Source of the DNA: a virus | DNA length: 64,000 bases | Reading direction: 5' to 3' (one strand) | Virus record (IMG/VR): IMGVR_UViG_3300014202_000879 | Span: 1-64,000 of that record | Part shown: positions 47,989-56,353 of the stretch, in pieces | How the letters are laid out: each line of letters begins with the position of its first letter | Position numbering within the stretch: the stretch's first letter is position 1 | The notes under the pieces: model-generated | The model's input: the letters and a program-made list of their open reading frames with translations, nothing else | Databases searched by the model: none | What the model was told of the DNA's origin: nothing | Made by a program: the position numbers and the translations under genes

Positions 47989-48366
47989 ATGGACAAAATT
48001 TACAGCAAAAAAGAAATTCAGTTTGCTCTTGGAACACTGTACAGCAGCAGGATCATGCCTGTTGATATCGAAGACTGGGGACTCAAGAAGAAAGAAATCT
48101 GGGTATCGTTTTCCAAGTCTTCGCAAGGAATCTGGGCAGCTGTATTCATCGGGCTTGATGAAACCCTCGACAGGCTCCGTGACAAGAGCATGAAGTTTCC
48201 AGTGTTGTCTAACTGGAACGAGTGGGAGTTGGCCGAGAACGACAAGGTGATCAATTCCATAGAGCTGCTCGACACCACCATCTGGGTGTTTATCGATGCA
48301 GCAAAAGGCAAGGTCGGTCTGTACAGATCATACGACCAAGCCACAGACAAATTTCGCAACACTTAA
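47989..48366 (+). CDS. Hypothetical protein (small-domain family B)
   Basis: 125 aa, AAGGA RBS. Confidence 0.75.
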   Translation: MDKIYSKKEIQFALGTLYSSRIMPVDIEDWGLKKKEIWVSFSKSSQGIWAAVFIGLDETLDRLRDKSMKFPVLSNWNEWELAENDKVINSIELLDTTIWVFIDAAKGKVGLYRSYDQATDKFRNT

Positions 48367-48377
48367 GAGGAATCAAA

Positions 48378-49418
48378 ATGGCCATGAAATCAGAAGACAC
48401 CCAAAACGTCAGAGCCAACAGCCGTCTGAATCTCAATGGTTACACGGTGGTGCTCGATCACACAGACGACACAATAGAAGTCACCACCATAGGTGACAAA
48501 GGCCAAGTGATCCTTGCCCCTGACCACAAACTACCCCATGTGCTGTTTCTTTTGCTGTGTAGCCACCCCCAGCGGCCGAATCCAGATACCGACAAAGCAA
48601 AGAATCTGCTTCTGAAGCGGTTGAGGAAAATTGCACTTGACTGTACCTGTAGTTACGATGCTACAAATACCTGTGGTGGACTGAGAGAGGCTCTCATGTT
48701 TGATTATCCCAATCTCTCCAATGGCCCAACAACTACCTACCCATGGATGGGTCAGAATGTCTTCGCTACCGACGTACTGGTTTTCGCAACCGATGAGATC
48801 AAAGAGGACCGCGATCTTTCTTTTCAGATTCGGACATTGACAACAGATAGGATTGAGGTTTTCAAGAAAGTAATAATTGCCTCAACCCTTTGGCAGGAGT
48901 TCCTTGTGTTGGACCACCTGTGTGGCCGATACGACTATACTCAGCTACAGTCGCATCTGTACGTCGTGGTGGCGAAAATATGCCAACAGCTTGAGCAAAG
49001 TATCCTCGTCAACTTAAGAACGATGTTCTTCGCGGGCTCCCCACCACGAGCTGTTGATGAAAAACAGAAAGTCGATGAACCTCGTGACATTGAAGAGTTT
49101 TCTTTTCATGACGCAACGTCGATGTGCAAAAAGCTCTACCACCAGGGTGTGCATTTCTGGGCAGAGGTGTTGGTGAATGAAGGCAAGAACAAGAAGGTTG
49201 TCTTGCACGAAACCATCACAAGTGCACTGAACAGAAGTCGACCTGAAACGAACGATGGTGCCAAAATGCTGAATTTTGGTCGCTCCACAGTGGGCTTTTG
49301 TCGTTCCGAAGTTCATGGCCTGGAAGTCTGGGTGGCACTGGACTCCACCACCAAGAAGCTGTATGTCCGCAAGACGCTCAGCGGCTGTCTGGAGCTGTTT
49401 ACCAAGCACGCGCAATAG
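48378..49418 (+). CDS. Hypothetical protein (family A domain plus family B-like C-terminus)
   Basis: GAGGA RBS; LWQEFLVL motif. Confidence 0.78.
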   Translation: MAMKSEDTQNVRANSRLNLNGYTVVLDHTDDTIEVTTIGDKGQVILAPDHKLPHVLFLLLCSHPQRPNPDTDKAKNLLLKRLRKIALDCTCSYDATNTCGGLREALMFDYPNLSNGPTTTYPWMGQNVFATDVLVFATDEIKEDRDLSFQIRTLTTDRIEVFKKVIIASTLWQEFLVLDHLCGRYDYTQLQSHLYVVVAKICQQLEQSILVNLRTMFFAGSPPRAVDEKQKVDEPRDIEEFSFHDATSMCKKLYHQGVHFWAEVLVNEGKNKKVVLHETITSALNRSRPETNDGAKMLNFGRSTVGFCRSEVHGLEVWVALDSTTKKLYVRKTLSGCLELFTKHAQ

Positions 49419-49465
49419 GCACCTACCCAAACCCTCCCCTTAACCAACTTTTGAGGAAAACCCCC

Positions 49466-50158
49466 ATGTTAGACAAACCGATTGAAGTACAGTTTGCCGC
49501 CTTTACCCTGATGCTTGATGCACAGGGGGAGGTAAAGGCGGTGTTCAACGAATTGGCTCCAGCGATACTTAGATCGCCCACGCTGCCTATGTGTGCATCG
49601 ATTCCATATATTCTCCACCCTGTTTTGTTCGGGCCCAGCCTTGGATGGAATAAAAAGGAACTAGAACCGGTGATTCAGCGCAGGCTGGTGGATGCACTTC
49701 TGGACAAAATGAAGTCCAGGGTCCTGGAGCTATCTGCCCCTGGGACAGAGGCCGACAGACCATCCATCGTCAGATGTTGCTACTCCCGCACACCTGACTA
49801 CAAGTACGAGCCTTTGAATCTCAGTTGGAGCGAACAAGAGTTCTTCATGACACAGCGGCTGACGATCCCTATGCCCCGTTTCACCAGCCACCGAGACACA
49901 CTGCCGTTTATGATCAAGGTCGACTCAAGTGACCCCATGGCGGTGTTGGTTGACGATGGTTTTGGTGTAATGCACGCCCAGGATCTTTGGGAGTCTTATC
50001 TCGTTTTCAGAGATATCTGCGAAGCCTTGACTGTATGTCCGCCCCCACTAAGACTTATACACGAAGCCGCTAGCAGCCGAGCCAGCCATAGCTTCCTGCA
50101 CCACTACAGGGCCCAGGAAGCACAGAAGAATCCAAAGGCACACTGGCTCAGTATGTAG
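49466..50158 (+). CDS. Hypothetical protein (family A)
   Basis: GAGGA RBS; GFGVMHAQDLWESYLVF. Confidence 0.78.
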   Translation: MLDKPIEVQFAAFTLMLDAQGEVKAVFNELAPAILRSPTLPMCASIPYILHPVLFGPSLGWNKKELEPVIQRRLVDALLDKMKSRVLELSAPGTEADRPSIVRCCYSRTPDYKYEPLNLSWSEQEFFMTQRLTIPMPRFTSHRDTLPFMIKVDSSDPMAVLVDDGFGVMHAQDLWESYLVFRDICEALTVCPPPLRLIHEAASSRASHSFLHHYRAQEAQKNPKAHWLSM

Positions 50159-50203
50159 TCGATAGCCAATCCCGACAACACCTACCAACAAGAGAACCTT
50201 TCC

Positions 50204-51091
50204 ATGACAGCAACAAATCCTTCCGTTACAGAAATTCAAATGGAGCCGTACACGATAAAGATCGTACACGCAGACCCGCCATATGCTGATGTGAAGCTGA
50301 GTTACCCAATCACAGCCGTGGTGTCGTCTGAATCGACCTTACCTCAGCTTCTGTATAGGTTCCTCAGGAAGAAAAGATCCATACTCACCACACCGGAAAT
50401 CGAGGAAGTCGTAAGAACGATCTTGTCGCAGCTTGAATGTGACATGATGATGAGACTGACCAAGCATCTTGGATCGTCTGCACGAAGCATGTGTCCAGTC
50501 GACCTGGATGCCTGTTTTGCACACGAACGACTCTCCCATGATTGGAAGGAAACCCCAGAACTGTTTCCTTGCTCAGATCCTTCTGAGATCCTCTGCACCA
50601 ACAAGCTGGTGTTTGAGCAGATCGAGGCGTTGGTTGAGTGCGAAGAACTTTGGTTCTTCGCACGTGTTCCGGGAGAGTCTCCTTCGGAATTCTATGTCGA
50701 TGCGGGTCTGGGCGCGATGACTGCGGGCAATCTCTGGGAATCCTATCTTGTTCTGCAAAACGTCAGTAGTTTTCTTGCGTCGACACATCAGCCTACAGGA
50801 CTGACTACCCTACAGGACCTTGTTCTACGAAGGGCTTGTGAGTCATTCCAATCGCATTATGAGAACACCTACGAGGTCATGGCCAACCCAACCAAGCAAA
50901 AGGATCAACCAAAAGACCCTTTCGACGTCTTCGAACCGTTCTTCGCACAGACAGCCAAAGAGAAGACCGAACCACCTGCCAAAGCCGCTCCTTCTGCCGC
51001 ACCCAAGTCAGTTGTCTCTACGCCAAAACAGAGCAAGCACAAGTTCTGCTACGGTGTCAGTGGGGGTGGTCTCACTGCTTCCACGAGATGA
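50204..51091 (+). CDS. Hypothetical protein (family A)
   Basis: GLGAMTAGNLWESYLVL. Confidence 0.78.
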   Translation: MTATNPSVTEIQMEPYTIKIVHADPPYADVKLSYPITAVVSSESTLPQLLYRFLRKKRSILTTPEIEEVVRTILSQLECDMMMRLTKHLGSSARSMCPVDLDACFAHERLSHDWKETPELFPCSDPSEILCTNKLVFEQIEALVECEELWFFARVPGESPSEFYVDAGLGAMTAGNLWESYLVLQNVSSFLASTHQPTGLTTLQDLVLRRACESFQSHYENTYEVMANPTKQKDQPKDPFDVFEPFFAQTAKEKTEPPAKAAPSAAPKSVVSTPKQSKHKFCYGVSGGGLTASTR

Positions 51092-51357
51092 CTTTTGCAG
51101 ACTTCAGTGTTGTGGTGGCAGTCAACAAAGGCACTACCGATAAATCCTGGGTCGCCTTGTACAACAACATGCAGGAGGTCTTAGATCAAGCCACAAGCCA
51201 GAAACTTGAGATTCTGTTCTCTGACACCAGCTCTGGTGTTCTGTTCATGAAATCGCAAGACGGTCAACAACGTGTTTGGTTGGTGGTCAATACCTACATG
51301 GAGACCGTCCTTTGTACGACAGACTTTGCTGACGCATACGAAGAGCTTAAGGCGTAA
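51088..51357 (+). CDS. Hypothetical protein (small-domain family B)
   Basis: 89 aa, ATGA overlap with the upstream gene. Confidence 0.65.
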   Translation: MTFADFSVVVAVNKGTTDKSWVALYNNMQEVLDQATSQKLEILFSDTSSGVLFMKSQDGQQRVWLVVNTYMETVLCTTDFADAYEELKA

Positions 51358-51368
51358 ACAACGAGACA

Positions 51369-51400
51369 CCACACTGCACCAGATATCTGGTGCAGTGTGG
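51369..51400. repeat. Perfect 32-bp palindrome between convergent genes
   Basis: ccacactgcaccagat|atctggtgcagtgtgg. Confidence 0.92.
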
Positions 51401-51407
51401 GTTTCGC

Positions 51408-53240
51408 TTAAAGCGTGATGGTCTCTTTTTCTTTTTTGTCCAGCATCTGCATCATCTGGATGGCTGTAGGTAAGTTGTGCATGGTGCAACAGTACTCGAT
51501 AGCGTTTGTCTGACCTAAGATGAAGTTCAGGTTTTGTTTACGGAAAACGTTTCTATCGATGCCCTCCACAGCAATAATCTCGCGCTTGGTGGTGGTCTTA
51601 GACACATTGAGGGTGTCTGTAACAGTTGGATAAGCTGCTGTAGAGTCTGCATCGAAAACAAAGAAGCGTATGTTGGTGTGTAAGCCATCGTCCTCACTGA
51701 CGATCATCAGACCCAGCACCATGTTCTGAGGATCTAGGGTAAGAATCCAGCCCTTCAGACCCAATGTACCGGACGATATTAAGAACAGATCGCCTTCGCC
51801 TTCTTGACCCTCTACTTTTTCTTCCTCATCTTCCTCTTCTTTGGCGATGTACTCCTGGTTACGCTCTGCTTCCTTAGCCAGCAAGTCGGCCTTCAGGTCA
51901 TCAGCCGTCTCGTCCTCCACCACGTTGGAAGGCAAAGAAGCAATGGCCAGTCTCCTGTTTTCTAACAGGAAGAACGCATACTCGTCTGTGATTTGTTTGG
52001 GTTGGGAGGCAAACTTAGAGTAGTGACTCAGACCACTGGCCGATGCCAACGTGAACTCGATGTCCTTGATCTGATCATCCAACAGGTTCATACCCAATGA
52101 GTCAAAGATGTTGTAACACACGTACTGCATCGGGAAGAACTCTTGCATGAACTTGTGCCACTTCAGCTTGATGTATTTCTCAGCTTCTGTGAAGTTCAGT
52201 TTTCTTCTATCGATCTTACCCAGCCAATGGTCTAGCGTGTAAGCTTTTTCCAAAGGACTGGTGATGCGAATCTGTCTGGCCACACACATGTTGTCGACCA
52301 CGTAGAACGACGCAGGTGCTATGACGGTATGCCACTGATCTTGAATAGGTTTGGGCTTGAATACCCCAGACGCCGTGGTCTTTGGTTTGCTGCCACGGAT
52401 GTAGTCGAAGTACCTGTAGTCTTTGGGAATTCCTGGATCGCTGAACAAATCGGCAGGGTCGTAGTTGTATATCTCACAGGCCTTGAGTACCTTGGAGATA
52501 TCGAAGTCCATGGCCCATATACACAAGAAGTCAGGTCGCTTGGCATGTATCCATGCAAACACCCTGATCAGTATCTCGATACTGGTCTTCACCACAAAGA
52601 ACTCCACGTTCTCTCTGCGCAGATCCTCGCTGAGGTACTTTTCAAAAGCTTCATCGAAAGCTTTCTCAGGACTGCCGCATTTGCGCACAGCCATCTCTGT
52701 AACACCAACGATGGCGCTTTCTTTCTCATACACCGCTGACGCCATGATGATTTCGCCTGTGCCATAGAGAACATCCGTCTCCACGTCAAACCCACAGCGT
52801 GTGGATGAGCTAAAGAGTTCGGGATACTTTTTCTTGAACTTGTACTTGATGAACGATGTAGAGTCGATGTCGCTGCAGTACAGGTAAGGAGAGTCCTGTA
52901 AGTCCCTGAGACTACAATAGGCGCGTCTGTCATTCAGGGCACGTGCCACAGTAGTTCTTAGGTCGGACTGTGTGCAAGAATGCCTGGCCAGCTTGTCCAG
53001 ATGCTCGTATTCTTTTTTCTGCAAATGGCCCCTGTGGCTAGGCAGCGTGACGTAGAAAGGTCTCTCAAAATTGTCTACTCTTCTGAGCACACGTTCTTTG
53101 GTACCGTCTTTCTTGTGGGCAACGAGTTTAATGAAATGGGTATCGTTATGTTCCCTGGAGGGCCGTGGCACGTGTGTGACGGACTTGACTTCGTAACCTA
53201 TAACGTCCTCAGAGTCATCAGGAAATAACTGTGTGCTCAT
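51408..53240 (-). CDS. Split family-B DNA polymerase, 3'-5' exonuclease plus motif A subunit (phiKZ gp82-like)
   Basis: ExoI FDVETD, ExoII WAMDFDI, ExoIII YNIFD and motif A DADSTAAYP. Confidence 0.88.
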   Translation of the reverse strand: MSTQLFPDDSEDVIGYEVKSVTHVPRPSREHNDTHFIKLVAHKKDGTKERVLRRVDNFERPFYVTLPSHRGHLQKKEYEHLDKLARHSCTQSDLRTTVARALNDRRAYCSLRDLQDSPYLYCSDIDSTSFIKYKFKKKYPELFSSSTRCGFDVETDVLYGTGEIIMASAVYEKESAIVGVTEMAVRKCGSPEKAFDEAFEKYLSEDLRRENVEFFVVKTSIEILIRVFAWIHAKRPDFLCIWAMDFDISKVLKACEIYNYDPADLFSDPGIPKDYRYFDYIRGSKPKTTASGVFKPKPIQDQWHTVIAPASFYVVDNMCVARQIRITSPLEKAYTLDHWLGKIDRRKLNFTEAEKYIKLKWHKFMQEFFPMQYVCYNIFDSLGMNLLDDQIKDIEFTLASASGLSHYSKFASQPKQITDEYAFFLLENRRLAIASLPSNVVEDETADDLKADLLAKEAERNQEYIAKEEEDEEEKVEGQEGEGDLFLISSGTLGLKGWILTLDPQNMVLGLMIVSEDDGLHTNIRFFVFDADSTAAYPTVTDTLNVSKTTTKREIIAVEGIDRNVFRKQNLNFILGQTNAIEYCCTMHNLPTAIQMMQMLDKKEKETITL

Positions 53241-53350
53241 GTTTGTGTTTGGTTGGTGGATGTTTTCAAATCATCACACACAAATGAACATTAATATGGG
53301 TAGGTGATTACAGGCTTGTCGGTCATAACAAGCATTTTACAAGGATTGAC

Positions 53351-54715
53351 ATGACACACTCTACTCTCATCCCGAACGGACTACCGATCGTCAAACGAAG
53401 CTTGGCTTTGGAGATGATCGATATCCAAAGGGACAATTTCGGAGCAAAGATCGAGGCGCTACATCTGGCCCTACAGGACAAAATCATGTCGGGCAAGTAC
53501 GACTACACACGTGCTATACGTGACTCTGTGGAAGTACGGGGTATTGTTGAATTGACCCAGAAGAGACTGGGACTGAAGACAGACTTCGTGGTGAATTCCA
53601 TACCGGGTGCCATCATGCCCGTTTACTTGAACAAGCACCATGTGTTCATCCCTGAGATGTACCGTGGTAAGTTCACCATACCGGTACAGCAACGCATGCT
53701 TGACCAACTCAAGACTGGGTCTACGGGTGGTGTGGATATGGCCAATGCCCGACTCAGCGGCATCTTTACCCAGTATGAAAACAAGATTTTCATGAACTAC
53801 GATGTGTTTTTCAAGCAAATGGACATGACAGCAGGTGAAACCACCGCCATCTTGCTGCATGAGCTTGGCCATGGGTTCAATGCCTATGCCTACGCCGATA
53901 AGATCCGTTCCAACAACATGATCATGGCCAAGGTAGCCGAGCATATCACGGTCAAGAAAAAGAACAGCGACCTGAAGTTCGTGTACACCGAACTCAAAAG
54001 GGTCAGCAACAAGATCACAGAAGAAGAAGTAGAGAAGATGGTTACTGGCGACCGTGTGATTGCTGGTTACTACTGGTACAAACTGGCTGTAGAAGCCAGT
54101 GGGCTCAACGATCAATCGGCCACGCTTGTCGCCAACTACGACCGAACTGCTTTTGAGTCTTTGTCGGACGACTTTGCTGCCCGGTTTGGCTATGGTGAGC
54201 AACTTGTGACGGGCCTGGAGAAGTTTTACAAAACAGGTTTCCCTTCACCAGAGCGTTCTAAGTTCATGTGGGTGTTTCTACACATCGTGGAAGTCTCTTT
54301 CCTGTGTATCGAGCTGACGTGGATCTTTGAGGCACTGGCACTGGGCAGCTTTCCTACGGTGGTCATCGCTGGTTTGTTTATCGCCATGCGTTTCTACATG
54401 GACAGCGATTCGGGTGAAGACCGTGTTTACGACAAGCTCAAAGACCGTTACACCCGTGTGCGTCAGCAGATGATCGAGATGCTCAAGGATACCTCCATGG
54501 GTCGTGAAGAGTCTCGTGATTTGGTTAGTTCCATCGAACGGGTGGATGACATTATCAAACAGACCGGTGAATACAAATCCATCTACAACCTTTTGGCCAA
54601 GTTGCTTATCCCAGACAGCCGCAAAGTAGCAAACTATGTGGATGAACAGCGCGCCATTGAGAGCCTGGCTTTCAACGACATGTTCCTGCAAGCCGCCAAG
54701 CTGCGCAACATCTAA
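53351..54715 (+). CDS. Virion protein with zincin HExxH motif and hydrophobic hairpin (phiKZ gp84-like)
   Basis: LLHELGH...ESLSDDFAARFGYGEQL, two hydrophobic segments and an N-terminal A-L-E site. Confidence 0.7.
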   Translation: MTHSTLIPNGLPIVKRSLALEMIDIQRDNFGAKIEALHLALQDKIMSGKYDYTRAIRDSVEVRGIVELTQKRLGLKTDFVVNSIPGAIMPVYLNKHHVFIPEMYRGKFTIPVQQRMLDQLKTGSTGGVDMANARLSGIFTQYENKIFMNYDVFFKQMDMTAGETTAILLHELGHGFNAYAYADKIRSNNMIMAKVAEHITVKKKNSDLKFVYTELKRVSNKITEEEVEKMVTGDRVIAGYYWYKLAVEASGLNDQSATLVANYDRTAFESLSDDFAARFGYGEQLVTGLEKFYKTGFPSPERSKFMWVFLHIVEVSFLCIELTWIFEALALGSFPTVVIAGLFIAMRFYMDSDSGEDRVYDKLKDRYTRVRQQMIEMLKDTSMGREESRDLVSSIERVDDIIKQTGEYKSIYNLLAKLLIPDSRKVANYVDEQRAIESLAFNDMFLQAAKLRNI

Positions 54716-54752
54716 CCTCACTCAACCCTCACTCAACCAGGATACCCAAAAA

Positions 54753-55226
54753 ATGTTCACCAAACTCCCAGGCTTTGTTTCGTTGCCAGGCAACCTCATT
54801 TCGTTTGTCTCCAAGATGAACGCCTCCGCTTTGGCCAAGTCCACAGAGGCTTCGATGGTCATTGGACGTGTGCTGATGGTCAATATGACAGCCGTCAACA
54901 CCGGTGTCAGCGACCCTGATATGTTCTTCCGTGGAACATACGAGCAGCCCATACAGGCTGTGATCGATGCTGTCAACGAATTGGTGGTCATCGACCGCGA
55001 GGAAGCTATGCGCTTTGCACGGCAACTGTACAGTGCACGTCACCGTATCGTGGCCATGACCGCTGTGCATACCCCCATCACCAGCAACGGTTACGAAGAC
55101 TTCTTCAATCTTCGTCTGAGTATTGAGCCCAAATATCTCGAAGTGATGCAAGCCAACGCACCCATCATGGGCGAACTCAGCCGTGGTTTCTGTGGCTTGA
55201 TCGATTACGTCAGAGCGACGAACTGA
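54753..55226 (+). CDS. Putative virion protein
   Basis: 157 aa, AGGA RBS, within the structural cluster. Confidence 0.65.
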   Translation: MFTKLPGFVSLPGNLISFVSKMNASALAKSTEASMVIGRVLMVNMTAVNTGVSDPDMFFRGTYEQPIQAVIDAVNELVVIDREEAMRFARQLYSARHRIVAMTAVHTPITSNGYEDFFNLRLSIEPKYLEVMQANAPIMGELSRGFCGLIDYVRATN

Positions 55227-55245
55227 CCGAAGAAAGAAGTCAAAA

Positions 55246-56307
55246 ATGTCTTTCAATGATTTCTTAACCGGCAGCGAAGACGGTGTCGGTGAATCCGGTA
55301 CAGTCACCGACACAACACAAGACACAACGCCTACTACCTTTGAGAAGTTTTCTGAGGCCATCACAGTGGCCATGGAACACCTCAATGACTTCAAGACCAA
55401 AATGCTGACTTTCGTGGATATGAACGACATCCACAGAGAAATGATCTCCAGCGGCAATGTGTGCAAGCACATGGCGGTAGAAGCCAACAGTATCTACGCC
55501 GACAAACTGCTGTCGGGTCATCTGAGCCCGATGAGCTTTACGATGATGCCCAGCAAAACAAACTTCGCCACTTTGGCAGCGCGGATGAGCGGGAGCTTGG
55601 CCGCAGAGAGTGCTGCGCTCATGGAGCAATCTGACATGCTCTTTACCAAGATTCTGATCGATGCTCGCTCCGTGCTGGAAACAGCCAACGAGGACTATTA
55701 CCCTCAACTCAAGAAGACCTTTGACAGCTTTCTTGCCGAATGTCCAGCGTCTTCTTGGGCAAACTTTCGTACCATTCCCAACTTCAAAAACAACATGGCC
55801 ATCATCGGTCCTCTGCGGTTCACGGAGCTGTCGCTGTACCAACTGAGCAAACATGGTGGTGCTGGAAGGTGCCACTTAAAGCGGTATGGTGATTTCGTCA
55901 AGACCCTTGGGTGGAAACACGTTCGTATCTTGCTGTGGATGGCCACACACGGCTACACGTTCAAGGATCTGGAGAAGAAGGAAAACTACGCAGAGGCCAT
56001 CAATTTTGAGCCCACCATCGGTGAGTTCTGTGACTGCATAGCCTCTGGCGGAATGGTCACTTTGATCTCCAAGACACTCCCAGACCGTGCTTTTGAAATA
56101 CTGACTGTGTTTGACAACACCGGTCTGATTCGTGTTACCCCAGACAAAACAGAAGATGTCCAGTCTGAGGTCATCACGCGAACCACAGGGTCTATCCATA
56201 CAGCCTTGCACCAGGCCAAAGAAGTCCTGGCCATGGTCTACTACACCAACATGTTGCTGTCGATGTCTCGTGAGTTCTACCAGATCATGAAAGAATACGA
56301 CGTGTAA
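55246..56307 (+). CDS. Putative internal head protein
   Basis: Acidic N-terminus with A-M-E and A-V-E sites. Confidence 0.6.
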   Translation: MSFNDFLTGSEDGVGESGTVTDTTQDTTPTTFEKFSEAITVAMEHLNDFKTKMLTFVDMNDIHREMISSGNVCKHMAVEANSIYADKLLSGHLSPMSFTMMPSKTNFATLAARMSGSLAAESAALMEQSDMLFTKILIDARSVLETANEDYYPQLKKTFDSFLAECPASSWANFRTIPNFKNNMAIIGPLRFTELSLYQLSKHGGAGRCHLKRYGDFVKTLGWKHVRILLWMATHGYTFKDLEKKENYAEAINFEPTIGEFCDCIASGGMVTLISKTLPDRAFEILTVFDNTGLIRVTPDKTEDVQSEVITRTTGSIHTALHQAKEVLAMVYYTNMLLSMSREFYQIMKEYDV

Positions 56308-56313
56308 CACCTG

Positions 56314-56348
56314 CACCCAGTCACTGCCCTAAAAGCAGTGGCTGGGTG
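56314..56348. terminator. Hairpin between convergent genes
   Basis: cacccagtcactgc/gcagtggctgggtg. Confidence 0.7.
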
Positions 56349-56353
56349 TGGCA

